From Hormiphora californensis (taxonomy: Eukaryota > Animalia > Ctenophora), in NCBI GenBank assembly GCA_020137815.1, contig CM035359.1, forward strand, positions 7,440,001-7,504,000: a stretch of 64,000 nucleotides of DNA, given 5' to 3'. The notes beneath the pieces were generated by a model. The model was not told where the DNA came from. It saw only the letters and a list, made by a program, of their open reading frames with translations, and did not search any database. Position 1 is the stretch's first letter, and each line of letters opens with the position of its first letter. This document shows positions 1 to 9,700 of the stretch, one piece after another. The position numbers were made by a program, and so were the translations under genes.

Positions 1-379
1 AATGATGATAATGATTATGATGACGATGTCTTTGGCCAGCTTCAAGATAAAGAGTTGTGTTCGAGTTTTAAGGAAACTCAGTATCTAGTAAATATATCTC
101 AACACGGAGTTAGACACCTTCTCCTAAACCATGGGAGTTTTGATGTGACGTATTGGGATCTAATAGGGATCCCTAAAAAAGTTCAGTATTTACACAGCGT
201 TTACACAGTCTTTACACAGTCGTTAAAGTCGGATTTTTTGAAGTTGTTTACAAGTTTACAAGTTTACAAGTTTACAAAAATAGATTCGGTATACAATGCA
301 TTATAAAGACAAATATACCACGTTCTCAGCATGATGCTTCTACGTACAATGATGTGAATGATGCAGTGACCAACATACA

Positions 380-3300
380 CTACCCAGGGGGGAGCAGTGT
401 AACCAATGAGTTGTCGTTGGGACTCCTGTAGCCCCGAACTGGAGGGTGATCAGGTATACCATCCAGGAACTTGCCGAGAGAAACTTTGAGATCCTCTAGT
501 GTTTCGCATCTTCGAACTTCTTTCGGCATCCTATTGAAGAGCTTGACTGACCTCACTGAGAATGATCCTTCCCTGATGGTCTCAATTGAATCTTGGGCCG
601 AAGTGTAAAGGTCCGGGTATTCAGCTAGGAGACCTCGCCGTGGATGGACCTTGAATGACTCGTCCACGGGCCTGGTGGTATGGTTCGGGACGAGTCCATG
701 ATATACTTTCCAGAGATGGATTATCATAAATCGCTCCCGTCGCCGTTGAAGTGACTGGATCCCCAGGAACTTGAGCCTCTCCCAGTAGTCCATCCCGATG
801 CACTCCTCGATCCGCCGCGTAAAGAATCTCTGGACTCCCTCGAGCTTAGCAATGTTACTAATCGTCGTGGGAGACCAGAGAGCCGAACAGTATTCTAGCT
901 TTGGCCTGACCAATGCCTTGAAAAATGTTATCATCGTTCGTTTCGACCGGTTTCTGAACACTCCGAGGGCCCATCCAGCGATCCTCTTGGCCTCTGTTGC
1001 GATGGTTGCGATGTGGAAATCGAACTTTCCATCCTCTGTCAGGTATATCCCAAGGTCTTTTACTCCGAATTCTGCTTCGATGATATCTCCGTTCGGGTTG
1101 AAGTAGAAATAGCATTCAGCATTGAAAGGTAGATCTCTCAGTGGCTTCGTGGAGTTTAACCTGTAATTCAGGACCTGAAACTTTTTCTCGTGGAGAGCCA
1201 TGTTGTTCTTCCGGCTCCACTCCTCTATCAAGTTCAAGTCTCTCTGGAGGCTGTCCCTATCGTTCAGGTCCCTGATATCTTGACCAATCTTGGTATCATC
1301 AGCGAAAGTTCCAAGTTTTCCGGTCGTTCCTGATACCAGATCGGTAATGTAGATAATGAACAATAGTGGGCCCAAGACTGATCCTTGAATGACACTGCTG
1401 ATCACCGCCTCCATCCTCGATCTGCATCCTTCCAGTACGACAGTCTGCGATCTTCCTGTGAGAAAAGCTTGTATCCACATGAACAGCTTCCCAGTTACTC
1501 CATACCTTTGAAGCTTTTGAAGAAGGACTTGAATATCAACTTTGTCAAAAGCCTTCTCAAAATCTATGTAGGCTACGTCTACTTCTAGTCCACTGTTCAG
1601 ACTCTCCAGAATCGTGTCGTAGTGTAACAGTAGCTGTGTGAGACAGCTCCGACCAGCCCGAAAACCATGCTGCTCCTCATTCAGGATTCCACTGTTCTCC
1701 ACGTAGTCCGAAAGTTGTGTCCTCACTACTCTCTCAAATGTCTTGACCAGATGCGAAGTTAGTGCAACTGGGCGGTAGTTCTCTGGTTGACATTTGTTGC
1801 CCTTCTTGAAAATTGGGGCAATCTGCTGCTCCTTGAGTTGTTGAGGTATAAAGCCGGCCTCAAATGAGCGACTCCAGAGTTTCCATAACGGGTATGCCAG
1901 TACTCCTCTGCAGTCGTGGAGAATCTTTGCGGGAATATCTCCATCCGGCGCAGCAGAATGGGGATTCAGTTCCGCAAGGGCCTCCTCGATAGTAGATGGG
2001 TTAAAGATGATTTCTGAGATGCTCTCCTGTCGTTGAGCTATCCCCTCTAGGGCCTCGTCCACATCAACTGTTGTTGGGTCACTGAAAACCTTGACATACT
2101 GGTCCTGAAGGAGTTCAGCTTTCAGGACAGGGTCATCAGTCAGCGTGCCGTCTTCCTTCAGAAGGGGACCCACGTTTGTCTTGACTTTTCTCTTATTCTT
2201 GGCATATGAGAAAAAGTACTTAGGGTTCTCCTTGATCTTCGAAACAGCTTCATCCTCTTCAGAGTTGATCTGCTGCAGAAGATGTTGTCGAATTTCTTCC
2301 ACACATCTCTGTACACGAGCAAGTAGTTTCTCGATCCTTGACGGGCTTGCTTTCTCGCTCCTCCTCTTCTTGATCTGCCTATTTAGCCGTCTCCGCTTTG
2401 ATTTTAATTTAATGAGTATCCTATCTTTCTCAGGATGCCTCCTAGGCCCTTTTTTCGTGGGCGAGTAATGGCAGGTCACCTGTAGGACTGTAAGGGTCAG
2501 GAGGTGAGTGAATGCGGTGATTGGATCGTGATTCTCAGCTCTTTCACACTCATTCCACAAAACATCCCAATCAATCTCTCCCAATTTCTCTCGTATCATA
2601 TTCATATCTCCCCTATGAAGGTTGATACCCGAAAAAGACTGAGGATCTAAAAGTCCCTTTTTACCCTCAGATCTCCGTGTCAGGTTATAACCCAACACTC
2701 CTGTAACAGTCTTGTGATCAGAGATTATCTCTGTCTCCTCTACGTCCGTAAACACAAAATAGTTTGGCCTATTCGTGAGGATAATATCAAGAACATTCGA
2801 CCCCCTCGTTGGTTTCACCACTACTTGGGTCAGGAAATTCGCTTGACAGAATACATCCGTCGATGCACAGTTCCGATCTCCCTCGATGTGCTCCCAATTA
2901 TGATGAGGGAGGTTTAGGTCTCCCAGTATGAATAAATCAGGCGCCGCCTTTCCCCTGGAACATTTCTCGATGAAGCCCTCGAGCACCTCTAGCAAGTAGT
3001 GATACTCTCCAGTTCGGTAGATGGACCCAATCACGGTGTGTGAATTAGACAGATACACCGCCGCGACATTATTGTTGTCGTCTCCCCAGGAAAAGTCCTC
3101 TGTAACTGTGAGAGAGTTGTTGATGTAGAGTGCTGAACCTCCTCCTCCTCTTGTCTCGCGATCCGATCTGTAGAGCGAGTAACCCGGGACATTGACTTCT
3201 GCGTCACAGACTCTGCCATCCCACCAGGTTTCCGTCAGGGCTAAAGCCATGATTGGGAAGTCTGGGTCAGTCAGTTGGTCCCGTATATACCTCATTTTCC

Positions 3301-3382
3301 ACTTCACGCTGCTAGCAGCCGAGGGGTTGAGGCTCCTGCCGTTGATGAGGAGCAGCTTGGAGAAGTCTATCCTGCTCCCCAT
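380..3382 (-). CDS. LINE ORF2: APE endonuclease plus reverse transcriptase
   Basis: Motifs ALTETW, GDLN, LDIILTN, SDH, NYRPVAL, QHGFR, DFEKAFDKV, QGSVLGP, FADD, KDLG and RPKLEY in a 1000-aa uninterrupted ORF. Confidence 0.97.
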   Translation of the reverse strand: MGSRIDFSKLLLINGRSLNPSAASSVKWKMRYIRDQLTDPDFPIMALALTETWWDGRVCDAEVNVPGYSLYRSDRETRGGGGSALYINNSLTVTEDFSWGDDNNNVAAVYLSNSHTVIGSIYRTGEYHYLLEVLEGFIEKCSRGKAAPDLFILGDLNLPHHNWEHIEGDRNCASTDVFCQANFLTQVVVKPTRGSNVLDIILTNRPNYFVFTDVEETEIISDHKTVTGVLGYNLTRRSEGKKGLLDPQSFSGINLHRGDMNMIREKLGEIDWDVLWNECERAENHDPITAFTHLLTLTVLQVTCHYSPTKKGPRRHPEKDRILIKLKSKRRRLNRQIKKRRSEKASPSRIEKLLARVQRCVEEIRQHLLQQINSEEDEAVSKIKENPKYFFSYAKNKRKVKTNVGPLLKEDGTLTDDPVLKAELLQDQYVKVFSDPTTVDVDEALEGIAQRQESISEIIFNPSTIEEALAELNPHSAAPDGDIPAKILHDCRGVLAYPLWKLWSRSFEAGFIPQQLKEQQIAPIFKKGNKCQPENYRPVALTSHLVKTFERVVRTQLSDYVENSGILNEEQHGFRAGRSCLTQLLLHYDTILESLNSGLEVDVAYIDFEKAFDKVDIQVLLQKLQRYGVTGKLFMWIQAFLTGRSQTVVLEGCRSRMEAVISSVIQGSVLGPLLFIIYITDLVSGTTGKLGTFADDTKIGQDIRDLNDRDSLQRDLNLIEEWSRKNNMALHEKKFQVLNYRLNSTKPLRDLPFNAECYFYFNPNGDIIEAEFGVKDLGIYLTEDGKFDFHIATIATEAKRIAGWALGVFRNRSKRTMITFFKALVRPKLEYCSALWSPTTISNIAKLEGVQRFFTRRIEECIGMDYWERLKFLGIQSLQRRRERFMIIHLWKVYHGLVPNHTTRPVDESFKVHPRRGLLAEYPDLYTSAQDSIETIREGSFSVRSVKLFNRMPKEVRRCETLEDLKVSLGKFLDGIPDHPPVRGYRSPNDNSLVTLLPPG

Positions 3383-3402
3383 TCCGGCTGGACAAGCTGC
3401 CT

Positions 3403-4692
3403 TTATGTTCGCTGGCTCTGTGTCAGCTGTATTCCCGGAGGGAGCTGCAGCGAAACGTTGGTTGGAGAAGTGGCTTGATGCATCCCGACTTCTCTCGCCA
3501 CTAGAGCCGGAAGGGATTCCGTTAGCCTCTGGAGGAGGCGCTGGAAAAAATCCTCGCCCATATCTGCTCCTCTAATCGTCTGTCCAGTTCCAGTTCCACT
3601 TGTTGGTGTAGGCCGATTCCAGCCGCTTGTATTTCTTGATCTCGACTGATTGGACTGGTTCATCGATTGCCCTGTTGGCACACGCTTCCTGCCGGTCACC
3701 GTTAGCCATCCATCCTCAGCATTATCATCCTTCGATCTCCGGGTGTGCCTTAGATGTTGGAGCTTGCAGTCGACTTTGAGACACTGGTGTTTCAGCTCTG
3801 AGTCCCTGCATAACGGTTCATGGAAGCGCTTACAGGCACTCCCACGCTGGCAGCCATGCTTCCTAGCAGCCCCATGGTCACTATAGCGGTAACACAATTG
3901 GGGGTGCTTCTTGGAGCACGTTGATCCGTTAATCCTCTTTTTTCCGGATCTTCCGTGGCGACATCGCCGTTGGAGGTAGAAAGGACAAACCTCCTCGAGC
4001 TTTACCACCGGCTCCTTCTTAGTTACATTACTGTCTTCTTTCTTCTCATTCTTTTTCTCCTCCTTCTTCGAGTTTCTCTTGTTCTCATCATCCTCATCAT
4101 CGTCGCCTCCGCCAGTTTCGCCAGATTTTTCATCTTCCTCCACATCTGGGAAGCTGAACTTGCGTTGCAGCTGGGCTGTACTGGCTGCACTGAGGGGAGG
4201 GTTCTCTTCGTCTCCCTCTGTGAACGTCTCCAGCTCATTCTTCTTCATGCACTCCCAGCAAACCCACACAAATCCTCGTACCTTGCTGATGGGTTGGGAG
4301 GTGATCTGGTCGCAGTCGTGTGACCCTCCCCAGCAGTATGCACACCGAAATAGGGGGGTATCTCCTCTCTTAATTGTGTAGCTGCTGTCACAAGCTAAAC
4401 AGTGCTGCGGGAGGTAACCTTCAATGGCCATGATCAGCCAATCTATCAGAGTCTCTCGGCTCTTGTACTTCGGTTGATTTGACTCATCAAGTGGCTTACC
4501 TCCAAGGAAGACTGCAGCCGTTTCTAGGGTGGGGGTATTGTACTTCTGGAGCTTCTTGAGGTTCGTATTGTGCTTCTTCGTCGGATCATACCCCTGGATC
4601 AATCGCTTCACTTCATCACTGGCTTCTTCGTGCAACTTCCCCAGGATCGCCTTCAGGTCAGCACTGTCGTCTGTTTCCACAACATTTGGCAT
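3403..4692 (-). CDS. LINE ORF1 with a PHD-like finger and three CCCH-type zinc fingers
   Basis: CLAC...CAYC...HDC...WVCWEC, then CPFY..RRC..CSKKH, CYRY..C..C..FH and CRDS..C..C..QH. 429 aa, directly upstream of ORF2. Confidence 0.9.
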   Translation of the reverse strand: MPNVVETDDSADLKAILGKLHEEASDEVKRLIQGYDPTKKHNTNLKKLQKYNTPTLETAAVFLGGKPLDESNQPKYKSRETLIDWLIMAIEGYLPQHCLACDSSYTIKRGDTPLFRCAYCWGGSHDCDQITSQPISKVRGFVWVCWECMKKNELETFTEGDEENPPLSAASTAQLQRKFSFPDVEEDEKSGETGGGDDDEDDENKRNSKKEEKKNEKKEDSNVTKKEPVVKLEEVCPFYLQRRCRHGRSGKKRINGSTCSKKHPQLCYRYSDHGAARKHGCQRGSACKRFHEPLCRDSELKHQCLKVDCKLQHLRHTRRSKDDNAEDGWLTVTGRKRVPTGQSMNQSNQSRSRNTSGWNRPTPTSGTGTGQTIRGADMGEDFFQRLLQRLTESLPALVAREVGMHQATSPTNVSLQLPPGIQLTQSQRT

Positions 4693-4741
4693 CGTATCGT
4701 TTTCTGCCCTTTGGGGCCGTTACTTCGACATGTTGCTGAAA

Positions 4742-4779
4742 CTCAAATTAATTTGTTTAAAGTAGTGTTGAAAAGTTTG
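4742..4779 (-). other. Ctenophore spliced-leader exon sequence forming the 5' end of the LINE
   Basis: The minus strand reads CAAACTTTTCAACACTACTTTAAACAAATTAATTTGAG, matching my recollection of the Pleurobrachia/Hormiphora-type SL (not database-checked). Confidence 0.85.
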
Positions 4780-5730
4780 TCATCCCCCTTTTCGTGCGCA
4801 GAATGTTTTTGCATGTCACATCACATGTTAACGTGTCAAAATTGATAAATTTCACATGCACGGTCATTTTGGGGTGACAACTTCAAAAAATCCGACTTTA
4901 AAGTCGGATTTTTTGAAGTTGTCACCCCAAAATGACCGTGCGTGAGAAATTTATCAATTTTGACGCGCACACCACACGTTAACATGTGATGTGACGTGCA
5001 AAAACATTCCGCGCACGAGAAGGGGGGTGACAACTTCAAAAAATCCGACTTTACACCCAGAGCGGCGCATGCTGCGTTTTGCGGCTTTTTCTAAGAAAAT
5101 ATTGGATTGTGTGCTGCACAATTGAGTAATTTGAGCGCTGCGGCGAAAAAAGTTTCCGAAAACGCTGCAAATCGAGTGCGAAAGACGCAGTCTTTACACC
5201 CAGAGCGGCGCGGGTGCTCTGGGTGTAACGACTGTGTAAAGACTGTCTAAACGCTGTGTAAATACTGAACTTTTTTAGGGATCCCTATTAATACCAAATT
5301 CCTTCAAATTGGTAAACTGAAAGCTATTGTGTTCCTTGGGTTTTCCCTCTCCTTGGATTTTTCCACTCCTGGTCTGAGTGTGGAAGAGCTTGCAATAAAA
5401 GCTCTTTATAACCAGCTCTATACAAACTCCTTGGACAAAATGTTATCAATTCTTCCTAATCTGAACACTTTAAAATGCTATGGTGTGGATATTACTGGAG
5501 AACATAGAAAACCGACAGACATTGATTGAAATCTTTTTAAAATTCCAAAACTCTCTTGAGTACCTAGAAATTCCGTTAATTTTCTTTGAAAAACGAAATG
5601 ATATTTGTTTTACCTCTTTGAAAGAATTGAAGTGTAGTACGATATGTCCGTCCATGATATATAATCATAAATATGAAAACGTCAAGGAAACTTGGGACGA
5701 TTTAAGATGTTTTTTCCAGTCTGCACCACC

Positions 5731-5755
5731 TTACTAACACCATACTCTCCTGTAG
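5731..5755 (+). promoter_or_regulatory. Branch point and 3' splice acceptor upstream of the ubinuclein ATG (trans-splice site or 5'-UTR intron end)
   Basis: TACTAAC at 5732-5738, then catactctcctgtAG; the ATG is at 5770. Confidence 0.55.
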
Positions 5756-5769
5756 TAAAATGTTCCAAG

Positions 5770-6428
5770 ATGGTTGATGCACCGAAATCAGCAAAATCAA
5801 AGAAACGCTTTAGGTATTGACTTTTTAGCTAAAACAAGATCATGTGTAAAATACCCCGTCCCTGACTGGTTTCTCCCTCAGATCTCTCTTCTCTCCTGAA
5901 CAAAGCAAGCTAGTTAGAAGTAAAGCCCTCCCTCCTGCACCTGATAAGGAGGAATCAGATAGTGGGCCTTCCTCAACAGAAGGGGGTTAGTTAGTCACTC
6001 ACTATAGTCACTTTAGGTTGTTCGAAGCTGTAGAAGATCAGATCCTCTGCTGCAACAGGGTCATCGCCTCGTGCGAACACCCTTGGTAAAAGTAACAATA
6101 AAACAACCCGTTACAGAATCTTCCGATGGCTCGGATGTTAGTAGTGGGGTTGAGGAGCCCCGTGTTAAGAAACAGAAGGTGGAGGAAGTTGTGACACACC
6201 GGATCAAAGTTGATTTAACGTGTATCCGAGATAAGGATCAGTATCCAGAGTTTTCTTTTGAAAAGCTGCTTTCTCAGGTAGGGATAGGGTGAACGAGGAA
6301 GATAGAGAGCTAGGTCATGGTCTTGTAGGTTGGGTCAGAGGATCGGGATGTGGAGCGTCGAGGTGGTAGTGGCCGGACTGGCGATGTGTCTGAGTGTGGT
6401 CATTGTTAGGTGTCATTGTCATTGGAGA

Positions 6429-6500
<72 letters not shown>

Positions 6501-6708
6501 CCTCCGGGCCCTCAGATCCAACAGGATTCGGGCTCGGGGGATTTAACCCTGCTCACGCATGGGACCTTACGGCCCCATGCGGGAGTGGTGCGTGTAGTGG
6601 ACCGAGAGAGAAAGAGAAAGAGAAAGAGAAAGAGAAAGAGAAAGAGAAAGAGAAAGAGAAAGAGAAAGAGAAAGAGAAAGAGAAAGAGAAAGAGAAAGAG
6701 AAAGAGAA

Positions 6709-6739
<31 letters not shown>

Positions 6740-9700
6740 AAGAGAAAGAGAAAGAGAAAGAGAAAGAGAGAAAGAGGGAGGAGAGATTCTAGTTACATAT
6801 ATGTGTCCTGTTTTCACTACAACTATCGTATCTTCAGGATGACTCGGCAGATGAAAGTGGGGGAGGTGGAGAGGATGGGGATGCAAAGAGAATAGCTGCA
6901 TACTTCGAAAAGAAATACGTATGTACAATGGAAGGAGTGCATTGTTGTACTTCTTCGGATTTATAAACGTGTCTTTCTCAATTCAAGTTCCATACAAAAG
7001 CAATCTTCATTATTTATAATCTAAATTATTTTATAATAGTCATTCCTACAGCTAGGGACACACTGGGTTTATTATAATCCCCACTTTTATAATTTACAGG
7101 GTGGCGATAGTGGTAGTAGTAATGGTAAGAGGAGGAGGATAAAAGATGTAACTATGGACTACGGATATGATGTATCAGATAACTTTATAGACGACTCAGA
7201 AGCAGTAAGTTATTATACCAGGTGGGGGGATAGAGTGAAGATAGTTGTCTCATATAAGACCGTCCTCTTCGCACCGGGCCGTCTCTGACAAGAAGATAGA
7301 GACCCATTCTGATGTTCATGTTATTGCCCCATACGACACATCATATATAATAGAGACAACTCCCTATTCCCCTCCAGGCGGATGAGGTGATACCTGACGA
7401 GCTAGATACTCAACATGGAGGATTCTATGTGAACTGTGGTGATCTCATGTTCAAGAAAGTCCCCCTCAGTGATAGGTGAGACACTATATTGGCACACCCT
7501 GGGCCGTGGTATAATCCTTGGTTAACAAGTCACCCCTGTTATTATATTGTATATAGCCATTATAACGGGGTAACCTCATTACCAAGTATAATCCCTGCCA
7601 GCCCCTCTTATCTCTATGATGGTGGCGACGCTCCTAGTGTCCCTAGTCCTGTCACACTATCCGTCCCGCCGTTTTTACACAAAGACGTGGGGCGCGGTGC
7701 AATCCTTACTAGACATCACGCGCGCAACTTAAGCATCTCTCTGTGTGGCTTCTCTCTATCTCTCTGTGCCTCTCTGTATCTCTCTCTCTCTCCCGCTATA
7801 TCTCTCATTCTGTGATCTGTACAGCGCACCCTTGGCGTTTTACCATCGGTCCGGTGCGAAGAGGACGGTCTTATATGAGACAAAGTGTTCTGTTCTCATT
7901 TCAGCCGTTAATAAATAGGATAAAACCTCTACTTCACAATTCTAGACAGTTCTAAACCTCTACTTCACAATTCTAGACAGTTCTAATCCTATTTCCAGCG
8001 AGGAAGAGGAAGAAGAAGAACAAAGGGAGAAGAAGAAGAAAAAGAAACATGATGATGCAGCTAGAAAGCACCTCCACAAACAAATGAGATCTCAGAAGAT
8101 AAAGGACAAATACAAGAATGCAGTGAAAAAGAAGAAGAAAACTGTCAAAATGTGAGTGATCTGAAATTATATTTGTTTTAGTATACCGCATTGTCAGTTC
8201 TATTCCAACTACAATATATCACCCCAACAGAGTGGAAAGTGAAAGTGAAAGTGAAAGTACTCCAACCCCTAAGAAAGTGGTCCCTATGGAAGTGGATAAA
8301 CCTGCAATCCAGGTTGTCAAACAGACAAATAAAGGTACATGTCTGTGCTAGTACATAATAGTGGTTATAGTAAATGAATTTGGCTAGTCTCTGCTCTTGT
8401 ATTCCCCTCTAGAGGATTCATCCCTCTCTGTCTTGATAATGGGGGGGGGTCGTGATCATTGAACCATTGGGTTATAATGAACTGTCCATACTAAGAAAAC
8501 TTATGGGGAGAAAACGACATAATGACAATTTGAGACAGAATAGAAGAGAGAGAGAAAGATATACATTGTTAGAAGAATTAACACACACTACTTCTCCAGT
8601 TACAAACCCACCAAAACCCAAAAAACCAAAAAACTCTGGTGAAGGAACAAAGGCTGCTAAGACCTCATCTACTGCTACAAATGCTACACCTACCAGAGCA
8701 ATGATTTTGAAGAGATCGAGGGATGAACTAGTTAGTATTGTGAAGAAGAATGCTCCATTTGGTATGGAGAAAGTTAATATGATCACTACTCAGTTAATCA
8801 GGTGAGAAATGTTACTGGTCAATTTTAGTTCAAATTAATAATTTCCAGAAGATGATTTATCCCCCACAGAATCTAATTCCCACAACTAAACATCTAACAT
8901 GCCCCCTAATCCCACACAGTATTGAGTTTGAACTACGGAAGGCCCACGTTGAACCATCTCGGAAGTCTTTCTACGAGGATCTTGTGTCAGAGGTAGTTGT
9001 GGAGATGACAATACCTCACAAGGATTTGAAGAAGAGGGCCTTCACATTTCTTAATCGGTCTAATGTAGGTGCTGTTTATGCTGTCATATGTTACAACCTC
9101 TCAGTATACAAACTCACTGTACTAGATTGTGAAGTCAGTGAAGTGTATTCTGGTACAATGTTACACTATAGATCAAGTGTTGCACTATATCACGTACAAT
9201 GTCCCCAGGAGAACAAGATTAAGGAGTTGTACAAACCTCTAAAGGCGGCTGTTGATATGAAACTAGCTGCCCAGATTACATCCTACAACTCACGTCTAGC
9301 TTCCTATAACGAGAGAATTGAGGCGTGGAAGAAGACCATGGAGTCACTGCCTGAAGGAGCTGAGGAGGTAAGAGAGGGAGGGATCAGAGATGTAGCAAGG
9401 GTAGAGGAGGTAAGAGAGGGAGGGATCAGAGATATAGCATGGGTAGAGGAGGTAAGAGAGGGAGGGATCAGAGATATAGCATGGGTAGAGGAGGTAAGAG
9501 AGAGGGAGGGATCAGGGAATGCTGGTACAAGGAAGTATGAGAGGAGGGATCAGAGAATGCATGGTTATGAGAGGTATACGAGAGAGAGACGTCTCTCAGA
9601 GGTAATGTTATATCATTATGCAGGTAATGTTGTTACAAGGTGCAGGTATCAGATCATCTGCTTTTAACTGGATGGATTAGGTATAACGAGGCATGATCTT

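Larger units (their letters stand above)
248..4779 (-). mobile_element. Full-length CR1-group (CR1/L2/Crack-like) non-LTR retrotransposon
   Basis: Two intact ORFs, a 3' tail of 8-bp tandem repeats (CTTGTAAA)n, and no clear TSD. Confidence 0.95.
226..5051. mobile_element. Two ~150-bp MITE copies in inverted orientation at one TA site (copy A 226-247 plus ~4777-4898, split by the LINE; copy B 4901-5051)
   Basis: TIR aagtcggattttttgaagttgtca / tgacaacttcaaaaaatccgactt. TA at 224-225, 4899-4900 and 5052-5053. Confidence 0.85.
164..5287. mobile_element. Non-autonomous TIR DNA element (outer layer of the nest), TAG...CTA termini
   Basis: tagggatccctaaaaaagttcagtatttacacagcgttta... at 164 is the reverse complement of ...aacgctgtgtaaatactgaacttttttagggatcccta ending at 5287. 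The left TIR continues (cacccagagc) after 5053. The flanks are taa and tta. Confidence 0.85.
1..5737 (+). pseudogene. LRR-like (F-box/RNI-like?) coding sequence interrupted by nested transposons; pieces 1-163 and 5291-5737; 5' end outside the window
   Basis: Removing 164-5290 (element plus one 3-bp flank) joins ...FDVTYWDL to NTKFLQIGKLKAIVFLG in frame. LRR-like motifs follow (LPNLNTLKC, NSLEYLEI, FTSLKELKC). One further frameshift lies near 5510. Confidence 0.5.

Noticed and set aside
6315-6928. RE/KE/LS-repeat ORFs (also near 12.1, 13.0, 29.4, 33.3, 34.1, 44.6 and 61.2 kb)
   Set aside because: Translations of (AG)n/(CT)n microsatellites.
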